A stretch of DNA of 64,000 nt from positions 76,149 through 140,148 of the forward strand of contig JBBQZK010000001.1 of assembly GCA_038207785.1 (NCBI GenBank). The letters are read 5' to 3'. A model generated the notes under the pieces. It was not told the DNA's origin, searched no databases, and saw only the letters and a program-made list of their open reading frames with translations. Every line of letters starts with the position of its first letter. Position 1 is the stretch's first letter. The stretch is from Candidatus Limnocylindria bacterium (GTDB lineage: Bacteria > Chloroflexota > Limnocylindria > P2-11E). This document shows positions 46,713 to 56,512 of this stretch, piece by piece. A program made the position numbers and the translations under genes.

Positions 46713-47494
46713 TGCGGCGCGAAACACTGATGCGTCGAGGGCAGCGCCCACGGCGCGTACATATCCATACCGGGCCCGCGCATGGACGTACCGACGACGG
46801 TGAGCACGAGGAAGACGCACACGAAGCCGGTCCAGACGGCGATCATCCAGTCACGGGTGTTGCCATGGAAGATGACCTTCACCAGCACCACGAGCAGGAC
46901 CGACAACACGATCATCGTCGTCACCGGGATGATGTAATCGGGGAACAGCTGCTTGCCGCCCGGCAGGTTCGCGCTCGCGAACTCGATGTAGCCGCGGTCC
47001 TTCAGCAGCTTGTCGAGGACGATCAGCGAGAAGGTCAGCACGGTCGCGTAGACCGCGGCGAAATACGCCACGCGCTTCCCTGTCGGCGACGTGAACCAGA
47101 TGCCGACCCCTGAGCGCGACCGGTCGATGTACGGGATCGCCATCATGAACCCGATCCAGATGGTCGGCACGATGACTCCGGCCAGACCCTTGTCCATGTG
47201 CAGCAGGAGCTCCTGCAGATTCAGCAGGTACCACGGCGCCTTGGACGGGTTCGGCGTGCAGTCGGGCGTGCTGTGGTCCTGGAGCGGCGCGTTGAACGCG
47301 GCGGAGATGAGGAACAGCCCGATGAACCAGAGCATCGCCGCGATGAACTCGATGACCAGCAGGTGCGGCCACACCATCGCGGTGTCCTCGACCCGCTTGT
47401 CCACACGGACCACCGAGTCCTGGCGGACGAACGCGAGGAGCCGGAGGCGCTTCTCCTGGCCACTGAACGGCTGGGGACCGCGCGGAGTCGTCAC
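46709..47494 (-). CDS. Cytochrome b6 subunit IV-like (split cyt b C-terminal half), extended TM
   Basis: VWPHLL..E, APL, TPNPSKAPWY...LQELL, IPYIDR. Confidence 0.85.
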   Translation of the reverse strand: MTTPRGPQPFSGQEKRLRLLAFVRQDSVVRVDKRVEDTAMVWPHLLVIEFIAAMLWFIGLFLISAAFNAPLQDHSTPDCTPNPSKAPWYLLNLQELLLHMDKGLAGVIVPTIWIGFMMAIPYIDRSRSGVGIWFTSPTGKRVAYFAAVYATVLTFSLIVLDKLLKDRGYIEFASANLPGGKQLFPDYIIPVTTMIVLSVLLVVLVKVIFHGNTRDWMIAVWTGFVCVFLVLTVVGTSMRGPGMDMYAPWALPSTHQCFAPQ

Positions 47495-48226
47495 CTAGAG
47501 CGGTCCGGAGATCCCGCCATCTTTGCGGATCCGCCAGAAGTGGATGGCGATGAGGAAGCCCGCGGCGAGCGGCAGCGCGACGACGTGGAGCACGTAGAAC
47601 CGAAGCAGCGCGTTCGCGCCGAGCTGGTAGCCGCCGAAGAGCACGAAGCTCACCTCGTTCCCGACGAACGGCGTGGCCTGGGCGATGTTGTAGCCCACGG
47701 TCACGGCCCAGAACGCGAGCTGGTCCCACGGGAGCAGGTAGCCGGTGTAGCTCAGGAGGATGGTCAGAACGAACAGCAGCGTGCCGACGACCCAGTTGAA
47801 CTCGCGCGGCGGCTTGTACGAGCCGGTGTAGAAGACCCGGACCATGTGCAAGAACACGGTGATGACCATGCCGTGCGCGGCCCAGCGGTGCATGTTGCGG
47901 AGGATCTGGCCGAATACGACAACGGTCTCGAGATCCTTGATGTCCGTGTACGCCTCGCCGACCGACGGGTGGTAATAGAACATCAGCAGCGTCCCGGTCA
48001 GGGTGAGGACAAGGAACAGGAAGAACGACAGCCCGCCCATGCACCACGTGTACGGGATCGCCAGGGCGTGCCGGCGGACCTTGACCGGGTGCAGGTGCAG
48101 GAAGACGTTCGTGAACACCGCGAGCGACTGGTTCTTGCGCGAATCGGGGTACCCGTGGCGGAAGAGCGACTTCCAGATGGGGCCGGTCTTGACCCGGCGC
48201 CACATCTGGGCCGGCAGCTCCAGCAT
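47495..48226 (-). CDS. Cytochrome b6 (split cyt b N-terminal half)
   Basis: [25 protein letters not shown]...[31 protein letters not shown]-x14-H. Confidence 0.93.
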   Translation of the reverse strand: MLELPAQMWRRVKTGPIWKSLFRHGYPDSRKNQSLAVFTNVFLHLHPVKVRRHALAIPYTWCMGGLSFFLFLVLTLTGTLLMFYYHPSVGEAYTDIKDLETVVVFGQILRNMHRWAAHGMVITVFLHMVRVFYTGSYKPPREFNWVVGTLLFVLTILLSYTGYLLPWDQLAFWAVTVGYNIAQATPFVGNEVSFVLFGGYQLGANALLRFYVLHVVALPLAAGFLIAIHFWRIRKDGGISGPL

Positions 48227-50250
48227 CAGTTGATCTTCACTGGTTCGCGCGTCTCCACATCAGAGCCCTTTCCGTTGGTGTGGGGATGGCCATTGCCGTT
48301 GTGGCCGTTCGCCTGCTTGTACCCGGCCGCGACGACGGGATCGTACATGGGAAGCGGCCGGATCGATCTGCCGCTCGCGACGGTGAGGTCCAGGTGGATC
48401 TCGTCGTCGATGGATTCCTTTGGCAGGATCCGCCCGACGGACGGTGTGACCGTGCCGTAGCGGTTCATCGTGATCGCGTCGGTGGGGCAGCGGATGATGC
48501 AGAGCGCGCAACGGATGCAGGCGGTCTCGTCCAAGAAGAAGGCGACGCCCTTCTCCCACTTCTTCGCTTCCGCCACGCCGGGGATCGAGCCGTCATCGAC
48601 GATGTCCGCCATGTCCACGAGGTGGATCACGTCCATGGGGCACACGTCCACGCAGCCGCCGCAGATGATGCAGAGCTCGCCCACGATCTCGATGTTGAAG
48701 TTGCACTTGAGACAGCGGTCCGATTCGGCAACGGCCTGCGCCGTCTCGTAGCCCCGGTTGACCTCGAGGAACAGGCCGCGCCGCTCGCGCTTCGCGAGCT
48801 TCGGCATCTCCTGACGCGGGATGCGGTCGTAATCGACGGACATGTTGTGGTAGATCCGCGCGAGACGCGCCTCGCCCGCGATCTGTCCGGTGTTGTCCGG
48901 AGTGCTCGACCGGCGGAGCGTGACGACCTCGTGGTACTCCGGGACGCTCACCGATGCGGCGATCGGATCGAGGTACCGCGCGATCTGCTGCGCCGCGGAC
49001 CGACCCTCGGCGACGGCCTCGATGATCGTCGTCGGACCGGTGCGGTAGTCACCGGCGATGAAGATGGACTCGATCTCGGTCTGGAAGGTCTCGGGATCGA
49101 CCTTCACGTCGCGCCAGCGCTTGACCCGGAACGGCTCGAAGTCGTTCATGAACGTGCGATCGGGGGCCTGGCCGAGGGCGAGCAGCACGGTCTCGCACGG
49201 GATCTCGAACTCGGAGCCTTCGATCGGCTCGGGCGCGCGGCGGCCGCTCGCGTCGGGGCTGCCGAGGCGGTTGCGCACGAACTTCACGCCCCGGACGTGG
49301 CCCTTCGCGTCAGCGAGGACCTCGACCGGCGAGGCGAGGTATACGAACTCCATGCCCTCGCGAGCGGTCTCGCCGAGCTCCTCTTCGTCCACGACCATCT
49401 CGTCGCGGCTCCGGCGGTAGACGATGTAGATGTCCTCGGCCCCGAGGCGCCATGAGGTGGAAGCGCAGTCCATCGCCGTGTAGCCGCCACCCAGGACCAC
49501 GACGCGCTTCCCGACCTCGACCGGACGGCCGCGGTACGCGCGCTCGAGGAACACGATGCCGGCCATGACGCCAAGGCTGTCCTCACCCGGGATCCCGATG
49601 TATGTCGGCTCGAAGCAGCCGGCCGTGACGAGGACGGCGTCGAACTGCTCGGTGAGCTGGCGCAGCTTGATGTCGCGGCCGACGTACGTGGACATCTTGA
49701 GCTCGACGTTCTCGTTCACGATGCCCGCGATGTCGCGGTCGATCACCTCGCGTGGCAGGCGGAACGGCGGGACACCCGCGAGCGTCGTGCCACCGGCCTG
49801 GTCGAGCGCGTCGAACACCGTGACCCCGAAGCCCAGCTTCGCGAGGTCGCTGGCGGCCGAGAGGCCGGAGCAGCCGGCGCCGACGATGGCGACCTTCTTC
49901 TCGGGCGGCCCGTAGACCGGCGGCGCGGGCTGGCGATACTGGTGCCCGTCGACCGTGACGTTGTCGTGGGTCCAGTCGGAGAGGAACTTCTTGACGTAGC
50001 GGATCGAGAGCGGCTTATCGACCTCCTTGCGGCGGCAGGCGCTCTCGCACGGGGCGGCGCACACGCTGCCGCAGATGCTGGCCATGGGGTTGGGGTCGAG
50101 CGCGAGCTCCCACGCCTTCTCGAACTCGCCGGCGGCCGCCAGATTGAGGTACCCGCGGCAATTGGTCTTGACCGGACAGGCTTCCTGGCACGGGATGTTG
50201 TCCTGATACCAGGCCGGCCCGACCTCCACCACCTGGTACAGCTCTCTCAC
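48226..50250 (-). CDS. NAD(P)H-dependent Fe-S flavoprotein, GltD/NfnB/DsrL-like, with C-terminal 2x[4Fe-4S] ferredoxin
   Basis: [38 protein letters not shown]...[37 protein letters not shown]; TGATG overlap with cyt b6. Confidence 0.9.
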   Translation of the reverse strand: MRELYQVVEVGPAWYQDNIPCQEACPVKTNCRGYLNLAAAGEFEKAWELALDPNPMASICGSVCAAPCESACRRKEVDKPLSIRYVKKFLSDWTHDNVTVDGHQYRQPAPPVYGPPEKKVAIVGAGCSGLSAASDLAKLGFGVTVFDALDQAGGTTLAGVPPFRLPREVIDRDIAGIVNENVELKMSTYVGRDIKLRQLTEQFDAVLVTAGCFEPTYIGIPGEDSLGVMAGIVFLERAYRGRPVEVGKRVVVLGGGYTAMDCASTSWRLGAEDIYIVYRRSRDEMVVDEEELGETAREGMEFVYLASPVEVLADAKGHVRGVKFVRNRLGSPDASGRRAPEPIEGSEFEIPCETVLLALGQAPDRTFMNDFEPFRVKRWRDVKVDPETFQTEIESIFIAGDYRTGPTTIIEAVAEGRSAAQQIARYLDPIAASVSVPEYHEVVTLRRSSTPDNTGQIAGEARLARIYHNMSVDYDRIPRQEMPKLAKRERRGLFLEVNRGYETAQAVAESDRCLKCNFNIEIVGELCIICGGCVDVCPMDVIHLVDMADIVDDGSIPGVAEAKKWEKGVAFFLDETACIRCALCIIRCPTDAITMNRYGTVTPSVGRILPKESIDDEIHLDLTVASGRSIRPLPMYDPVVAAGYKQANGHNGNGHPHTNGKGSDVETREPVKIN

Positions 50251-50268
50251 GGCATAGTCATGCTACGG

Positions 50269-50760
50269 ATGCGTAGTGGGCTGTCAAAAGGCCGACCGGT
50301 CATCGAGCGCAAGACGCGTTTCGATGGGTCCGTGCAGGAGTTCGCCTGCCAGGCCCTCCTGATGGAACCCGCGAGGCGAGCCGTGATCCGCTACGACCTT
50401 GACCGCGATTGGCACGTCGGTGGGATGGTGTTCCCGAAGGGCGGATACACCGCCGGCCACTTCTGGATCGACCGCCCGTACAACGTCTACCACTGGCTCC
50501 ACGCCGGCAAGACCCTCGGCTACTACTTCAACGTCGGCCTCATCGATGAGATCACCGAGACGACCGTGGCGTGGCGGGATCTCATCATCGACGTCCTGGT
50601 GAAGCCGGACGGGGCCATCGACATCCTGGACGAGGACGAGGTGCCGGCCGATCTGCCGGCCGAGCACCGGCGCACCATCGCGCAGGCCCTCGAGCAGATC
50701 GTGACGAACCCGAAGCGCCTGGTGAAGGAGATCGAGCGCGAGACCCGCGACCTCCTTTGA
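50269..50760 (+). CDS. DUF402 domain protein
   Basis: FW.DRPYNVY, YYFNV, WRDLIIDVLV.PDG...LDEDE; start 50260 or 50269. Confidence 0.8.
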   Translation: MRSGLSKGRPVIERKTRFDGSVQEFACQALLMEPARRAVIRYDLDRDWHVGGMVFPKGGYTAGHFWIDRPYNVYHWLHAGKTLGYYFNVGLIDEITETTVAWRDLIIDVLVKPDGAIDILDEDEVPADLPAEHRRTIAQALEQIVTNPKRLVKEIERETRDLL

Positions 50761-50786
50761 GCGGGGTTCGGCCGGCATCGGCTGGA

Positions 50787-51278
50787 TCACCGAAGCGCGG
50801 CGTAGGTGATCGTCACGGAGAACTGCCGGCACCAGACGACGACCGAGCGCACGTTAGCGAGATCGGTGCCGGCCGGGATCGGGTAGTTGAACGACCCGTT
50901 GGTCGCCTTCAGCCGCCCCAGATCGGTGAACCGACCGGGCGCGCCGTCGGTCCGATCGGAGAGATAGACGTACGTATCGGGCGCACCGGCGATGTCGACA
51001 TTGTCGAACCGCAGCACCACCGCATCACCGACCTTCACGATCCGGACGGTGCCGGTGCCGTAGTCAGCGAGCGAGATACGGACAAGCTCGCCGCTGGCGA
51101 TGGTCTTCAGCGGCTCCGCCGTGGTGCCCGGCGATGAGGCGAGCGACCGCGCGGGCAGCTCCTCCACGAGCGTTTGGCGGACGAACTGCGGGACGATCAC
51201 GAAGGCGACGACCGGCAGGCCGACCGCGCCGAGTAGCAGCAGCGACGCGACGACGACGAGCGTTCGGCGTTTCAACAC
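50787..51278 (-). CDS. DM13 domain protein (N-terminal signal anchor)
   Basis: G.G.V.I, GAPDTYVYLS, DLGRLKAT.G.FNY.IP...DL, SVVVWCRQFSV. Confidence 0.88.
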   Translation of the reverse strand: MLKRRTLVVVASLLLLGAVGLPVVAFVIVPQFVRQTLVEELPARSLASSPGTTAEPLKTIASGELVRISLADYGTGTVRIVKVGDAVVLRFDNVDIAGAPDTYVYLSDRTDGAPGRFTDLGRLKATNGSFNYPIPAGTDLANVRSVVVWCRQFSVTITYAALR

Positions 51279-51303
51279 AGGTTCGCCCGCGCGTTTTGGA
51301 CGC

Positions 51304-52365
51304 TCACGCCGGCACGCTGAACCAGAAGCGCGTGCGACCTGCGGCGGACTCGGCGCCGACCTGGCCGCCGCCGAGCTCCACGAGCCGCTTCACGATGGCG
51401 AGGCCGATGCCGGCCCCGCCGAGTGCCTGGTCGCGCGATTTCTCCACCCGATAGAACCGCTCGAAGACGCGGGGCAGCTCGGACGTCGGGATGCCCTGAC
51501 CACCGGTGTTGGTCACGCTCACGACGATGTCGGCCGGGCGGCGAGCCGCCGCGACGACGACCGTCCCGCCCTCAGGCGTGTACCGCACCGCGTTCTGCAA
51601 GAGGTTGGCGAGGACCTGGGCCAGGTGGTCGGGCTGAGCGCGAGCGCGCAGCGGCGCGGGAACGTCCAGGGCGATGCTGATCGAGCGCCGCTCGAACGAC
51701 GGCCGGACGATATCGACCGCGCTCGCGATCGCGACCCGAAGATCGAGATCGACGAGCGCCGGTGGATCCGTGGCAACGGCTCCGCCGGCAAGGCTGTCAA
51801 GGGAGCGGGCCAACCGGACGAGACGGTCGACCTCTTCGTGGAGCGATACGAACGTGGCGTGGTCGGGCGCGATGACTCCGTCCCGCAGGGCCTCCAAATA
51901 GCCCTGGAGATTCGTGAGCGGCGTGCGCAGCTCGTGCGCCGCGTTCGCGATGAATTCCCCGCGGATGCGCTCCTGTTCGCCGATCTCCGCAGCCATCTGA
52001 TTGAACGAGTCCGCGAGCGAGGTGATCTCCTCCGGTCCCTTCCGGTCGACGCGGACGCTGTAGTCGCCGACGGCGACTCGCCGCGCTGCGATCCCGATCT
52101 GCCGCAACGGGCGTGAGATCCGGCTAGCGAGCGCCAGGGAGAGAGCGATGCTGGCAGCACCGGCCACGACCAGCGCGCCGAGGAAGAACCGTGCGATGGT
52201 CTCGTCGAACATCTCGCGGGCGGCGGTGACTGTCGAGCCATGCTCGACCATCAGGCGCTCGAAGGCGGCGGCGGAGAACGCGAAGACACCGAGCGTGAGA
52301 ATGATCGCGACCGCGAGCCCGACGGCGAGAGATGCAGTGGCGATCCGGCTCGCGATCCTGTTCAC
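51304..52365 (-). CDS. Sensor histidine kinase (2 TM, HAMP, BaeS-like)
   Basis: AHELRTPL, NLLQNAVRYT, VFERFYRVEKSR, GAGIGLAI. Confidence 0.94.
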   Translation of the reverse strand: MNRIASRIATASLAVGLAVAIILTLGVFAFSAAAFERLMVEHGSTVTAAREMFDETIARFFLGALVVAGAASIALSLALASRISRPLRQIGIAARRVAVGDYSVRVDRKGPEEITSLADSFNQMAAEIGEQERIRGEFIANAAHELRTPLTNLQGYLEALRDGVIAPDHATFVSLHEEVDRLVRLARSLDSLAGGAVATDPPALVDLDLRVAIASAVDIVRPSFERRSISIALDVPAPLRARAQPDHLAQVLANLLQNAVRYTPEGGTVVVAAARRPADIVVSVTNTGGQGIPTSELPRVFERFYRVEKSRDQALGGAGIGLAIVKRLVELGGGQVGAESAAGRTRFWFSVPA

Positions 52366-53078
52366 GGCTCGGGGGCCGTGCGGTAGCCGGCGCCGCGTAC
52401 GGTCGAGATATACCGCGGATGATCGGCGTCGTCGCCGAGCTTCTCGCGAAGCCGCCGGATGTAGACGTCGACGCTGCGCTCCATCACGTCGGCCTCGCCG
52501 TCGCCGTAGAGGCTGTCGAGCAAGGCCTCGCGCGTGAGGATCCGGCCGTCGGCCTCGACGAGCGCGAGGAGCAGCTTGAGCTCACCGGTCGTGAGGTCGA
52601 GCAGCGCATGCGCCCGGCGGACCTCCTGACGGGCGGGATCGATCACGAGGTCGCGGAATGGCACTGGCTGATCGCGCCGCCGCTCCTCCGGCCGCTCAGC
52701 TCGCCGGAGGATGGCCTTGACCCTGCCGACGAGCTCCGCGGGCGAGAACGGCTTCGCGACGTAATCATCGGCGCCCTCGTTGATCCCGAGTACCCGATCG
52801 GCCGGCGCGCCGCGCGCGGACAGCATCAGGATCGGCACCTCCGACTCCGCGCGGACGATCCGGGTGATCGCGAGCCCGTCGAGCATCGGGAGCATGACGT
52901 CCAGCACGACCAGGCGGGGACGCCGTTCGCGGAGCGCGGCGAGCGCGGTAGGGCCATCGGCGGCGGTGATGACGGTGAATCCTTCGCGCTCCAGGTAGGT
53001 CCGGACGAGCTGGACGATCTTGGCGTCGTCATCGACGACGAGGATCGGGGACACGTCAGCAGCCACGGCAGTAAGCAT
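52362..53078 (-). CDS. OmpR-family response regulator
   Basis: ILVVDDD, LDVMLP..DG, GADDYVAKPFS, VDVYIRRLREKL, TVRGAGY. Confidence 0.95.
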   Translation of the reverse strand: MLTAVAADVSPILVVDDDAKIVQLVRTYLEREGFTVITAADGPTALAALRERRPRLVVLDVMLPMLDGLAITRIVRAESEVPILMLSARGAPADRVLGINEGADDYVAKPFSPAELVGRVKAILRRAERPEERRRDQPVPFRDLVIDPARQEVRRAHALLDLTTGELKLLLALVEADGRILTREALLDSLYGDGEADVMERSVDVYIRRLREKLGDDADHPRYISTVRGAGYRTAPEP

Positions 53079-53154
53079 CGTAGGCGGCGAAGAGTGCGCC
53101 TCCGGTGTGACAGTCGGATTACAACCGTCGCTCCGACCGAGCTAGCGTTCGACC

Positions 53155-53763
53155 GTGACGTCGTTCCTCACCGGCCTGATCGCCGGCTTCGCCATCGCGA
53201 TGCCGCCCGGCGCGGTCACGTCGCTCATCGTGCGGATCGGGCTGCAGCGCGGCTTCCCGTCGGCACTCGCGGCAGGTTGGGGTACGGCGACGGTCGACGG
53301 GGTCTACTGCGTCGTCGCGGTCCTGGCGGGCGCGGCCCTCGTGCCGCTGCTCGGTGCGATCGATCCGCCGCTGCGGATCGCGACCGGACTCGTCCTCATC
53401 GGGCTCGGCGTGCGCGGCATGCTCGCGTCACGCACCGACCTTCCGCCGACGGGACCGCCGGACGCGCGGGCGCTCGCCGCGACGTATCTGCGATTCATCG
53501 CGATCACGATGGTGAACCCGGCGACCCTCGCGTATTTCGTCGCGGTCGCGCTCGGATTCGCGGGCGCGGTGCTCAACGACGCGGTCGCGTTCGTGGTCGG
53601 CGTGTTCGCCGCGTCGCTCACTTGGCACCTCATCCTCGCAGTCTTGAGCGGCTCGCTGCACGGCCGTCTGAGCCCGACTGCGCGAACGATGCTCGCCATC
53701 GTGGCCAACGGCGTCGTCATCGCGCTCGGCTTGCGGATCCTCGCGCAGGTCGCCTCGGGCTAG
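53155..53763 (+). CDS. LysE family translocator
   Basis: GL..GF.IAMP.GAV, G.GTATVD..Y, IT.VNP.T; TAGCGT -10 6 nt upstream. Confidence 0.88.
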   Translation: MTSFLTGLIAGFAIAMPPGAVTSLIVRIGLQRGFPSALAAGWGTATVDGVYCVVAVLAGAALVPLLGAIDPPLRIATGLVLIGLGVRGMLASRTDLPPTGPPDARALAATYLRFIAITMVNPATLAYFVAVALGFAGAVLNDAVAFVVGVFAASLTWHLILAVLSGSLHGRLSPTARTMLAIVANGVVIALGLRILAQVASG

Positions 53764-54803
53764 GCCTCCTCAGGCGCCGGTGGGACTGCGACGAGGCTGA
53801 GCAGCAGGCCGATGACCCCACAGAGCACAACGGATCCCGCGACGAAGGTGAAGGTCCAGCCGAATCCGTAGCGAACGTACACGACCGCGAAGTACAGAAC
53901 GAAGTACGCCATCGGCACCGCCGCCGCGATGATCCGCAACCCGAGCGTGCGTGTCGCCGACGGGCGCAGCCGATACAGCAGCACGTCGCCGACGATCCCC
54001 GCGCCGATCGCCACGGCCGCGAACGAGATCCGCACGTCAGCCGGCGTATTGCGGCTCCCCATAAGGATCATCGCCATGCCATCAAGACCGAGGATGAGCG
54101 TGATCGCACCAACGGGCAGCGTCGTGGTGCGCAGGACCATGAGCAGCAGCCCGCTGATGAAGCCGCTGAACAGGTACATGCCGAGAAGGCCGCGGAAGAC
54201 GCGGTCGCTCGTGGTGCCGTTGCCACTGGCACCAAGGAAGTTGGAGTACGGGCCGCTGTACAGGGAGAAGAACGTCAGCAGCGAGAAGAGTCCGACGAGC
54301 GACAGCACCATGGGGAGCCGGGCCGCGAGCGAGGCGCTGTCATCTCCGCGCCGCAGTGACGCGATGAACGGGCCGCTCACGACCAGGAACATGCCGAGTC
54401 CAAGGAGCATGTGGCTTGGGCTCAGCAGGATGTCGTTGCCGACCTCGACACCGAAGGCCGTGTGCCACGCCATGTCCGCGAGGCCGCCGAGACCAAAGGC
54501 GATGACCCCGAGGGCGGAGCCTGTGTAGCCGCGCGGCACCGCGGCGCGCCACCCGGCCGCAGCCGGCCTGCGCAGCGCGATCGCGCCATAGAGCAGCGTG
54601 GCGCAGGCGGCGAAGCCCGAATAGAAGATCGCATGCCAGACAGTCCAGAAGGTGTCCGGCAAGGCGTTCGTGTGGGCCCAACCGTCGGCGTACAGGCCCC
54701 CGAGGAGCCACGCGATCGCGCCGATCGCGAGCCAGTCGAAGCGCTTTCCGGCGTCCGCGGCGAGCGCTGCGGGGACGTTCCGAGCGATAGATCGGCTGCT
54801 CAC
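53760..54803 (-). CDS. Hypothetical polytopic membrane protein with two DxxxH...H motifs
   Basis: About 10 TM; DGWAH-x12-H and DMAWH-x16-H (ending SPSH); GTGA overlap with the upstream gene. Confidence 0.8.
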   Translation of the reverse strand: MSSRSIARNVPAALAADAGKRFDWLAIGAIAWLLGGLYADGWAHTNALPDTFWTVWHAIFYSGFAACATLLYGAIALRRPAAAGWRAAVPRGYTGSALGVIAFGLGGLADMAWHTAFGVEVGNDILLSPSHMLLGLGMFLVVSGPFIASLRRGDDSASLAARLPMVLSLVGLFSLLTFFSLYSGPYSNFLGASGNGTTSDRVFRGLLGMYLFSGFISGLLLMVLRTTTLPVGAITLILGLDGMAMILMGSRNTPADVRISFAAVAIGAGIVGDVLLYRLRPSATRTLGLRIIAAAVPMAYFVLYFAVVYVRYGFGWTFTFVAGSVVLCGVIGLLLSLVAVPPAPEEA

Positions 54804-55354
54804 TCGTCCTTATATACAACCGCGGCGGACCGTTGGATCGTGTCCAGCCAGCGTTGGGCCTCCCCGGGGGTACGGAAGCGGTGGACAGCGAGGTGTCGAA
54901 ACTCCGGCTGAGCGAGGATCCGCGGCCACGTGCGACGCCGCTTCCCGTGCGACCTGAACACCCACAGGTACAGCGAGTCAAGCGAGAGGTACGCGTTGCG
55001 AAAGGTCTCACGGTTGCCGTTCCATAGCTCCGTTCGATCGCGGATCCGCCGATTCGTCCGTTTGAACACGCGCAACAGCGAGACGAGCAAAGAGGCGTCG
55101 AGCCAGACGAGCGTGTCGGCTCGGCCCCATGTCGCGTCACGGATCGCGGAGTAGTTGCCGTCCACCACCCAGCCCTCGCCATTCGTCGCCGCGATGATCC
55201 GTTCGCGGAACACCTCGGTCGGCGTCGGCGTCCAGCCGGCGCCGTGAAAGAGCGAGTCGAGCTCGACGACCGGCACGCCCATCTTCGCCGCGAGGGCACG
55301 CGAGAAGGTCGTCTTTCCCGCGCCACTGCCTCCACCCACCACGACGCGCCGCAT
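54800..55354 (-). CDS. P-loop kinase, adenylate-kinase-like/FlaR family
   Basis: MRRVVVGGGSGAGKTT, ELDSLF, WVVDGNY, RADTLVWLD, GNRE. Confidence 0.88.
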   Translation of the reverse strand: MRRVVVGGGSGAGKTTFSRALAAKMGVPVVELDSLFHGAGWTPTPTEVFRERIIAATNGEGWVVDGNYSAIRDATWGRADTLVWLDASLLVSLLRVFKRTNRRIRDRTELWNGNRETFRNAYLSLDSLYLWVFRSHGKRRRTWPRILAQPEFRHLAVHRFRTPGEAQRWLDTIQRSAAVVYKDE

Positions 55355-55381
55355 GAGGGGAAACGATAGAGTCCGAGACCC

Positions 55382-56512
55382 GTGAAGCTCCACGAATTCC
55401 AGGCGAAACAGGTCCTCGCGCGCGCCGGCATCTCGATCCCCGAAGGCCGCACGGCGACGACGCCGGCGGAAGCCGAGGCCGCCGCGACCGCGCTTGGGCC
55501 GCCGGTCGTCGTGAAGGCCCAGGTCCACGTCGGCGGCCGGGGCAAGGCCGGCGGCGTGAAGCTCGCGAAGACCGCGGCGGAGGCGAGGGCCGCCGCCCAG
55601 GCGATCCTCGGCATGGACATCAAGGGCTTCACCGTCCGCACCGTCTACGTCGAGCGGGCGGCGCGGATCGCGAAGGAGCTGTATCTCGGCATCACCATCG
55701 ACCGCGACCGCCGCCGCGCGGTCGTGATGCTCTCGACGGTGGGCGGGATGGACATCGAGCAGATCGCCGAGACCCAGCCCGAGAAGATCGCGCGCGGCTG
55801 GCCCGATCCGCTGCTCGGCCTGCCGGGCTATGCGGCGCGGGCACTCTGCTTCGACGCCGGCGTGCCCGAGGCGCAGCGCGACGCCGTCGCCGCGATCGCG
55901 CGCCAGCTGTACGGCGTGTTCCGCGCCACGGACGCGATGACCCTCGAGATCAACCCGCTGTTCATCCAGGAGGATGGCACCGTCGTCGCGGGCGATGCGA
56001 AGCTCGAGGTCGACGACAGCGCGCTGTACCGCCAGCCCGAGCTCGCGAAGCTGAAGGAGACGCAGCCGGACGAGGAGCAGGAGGAGCGCGCGAAGGCCCT
56101 CGGGTTCAGCTACGTCCAGCTCGATGGCGAGGTCGGGATCATCGGAAATGGCGCGGGCCTCGTCATGAGCACGCTCGACGCGGTGAAGAACGCCGGCGGC
56201 CACGCCGCGAACTTCCTCGACGTCGGCGGCGGGGCCAAGGAATCGGTGGTGAAGGCAGCGCTCGAGATCGTGCTCGCGAATCCGAAGGTGAAGAGCGTGT
56301 TCATCAACATCTTCGGCGGCATCACCCGCGGCGACGAGGTCGCGAAGGGCATCCTCGCCGTGCTGCACGACACGAAGCCGCGCGTGCCGCTGGTGATCCG
56401 ACTCTCCGGCACCGAGGCCGAGGCCGGGCGCGCGCTCCTCGACGGCGCCCCGCTCGTGTCGCGCGCGACGATGGACGAAGCGGCGGTCGAGGCCGTGCGG
56501 CTCGCCAAATGA
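55382..56512 (+). CDS. sucC: Succinyl-CoA synthetase beta subunit
   Basis: KLHEFQAK, KAQVHVGGRGKAGGV, EINPL, GNGAGLVMST.D, ANFLDVGGG, NIFGGITR. Confidence 0.96.
   Translation: MKLHEFQAKQVLARAGISIPEGRTATTPAEAEAAATALGPPVVVKAQVHVGGRGKAGGVKLAKTAAEARAAAQAILGMDIKGFTVRTVYVERAARIAKELYLGITIDRDRRRAVVMLSTVGGMDIEQIAETQPEKIARGWPDPLLGLPGYAARALCFDAGVPEAQRDAVAAIARQLYGVFRATDAMTLEINPLFIQEDGTVVAGDAKLEVDDSALYRQPELAKLKETQPDEEQEERAKALGFSYVQLDGEVGIIGNGAGLVMSTLDAVKNAGGHAANFLDVGGGAKESVVKAALEIVLANPKVKSVFINIFGGITRGDEVAKGILAVLHDTKPRVPLVIRLSGTEAEAGRALLDGAPLVSRATMDEAAVEAVRLAK

Noticed and set aside
48226-50250. Calling the flavoprotein gltD, dsrL or preT
   Set aside because: No gltB, dsrAB or preA nearby; the extra ferredoxin domain and coupling to cyt b6 argue against a standard symbol.
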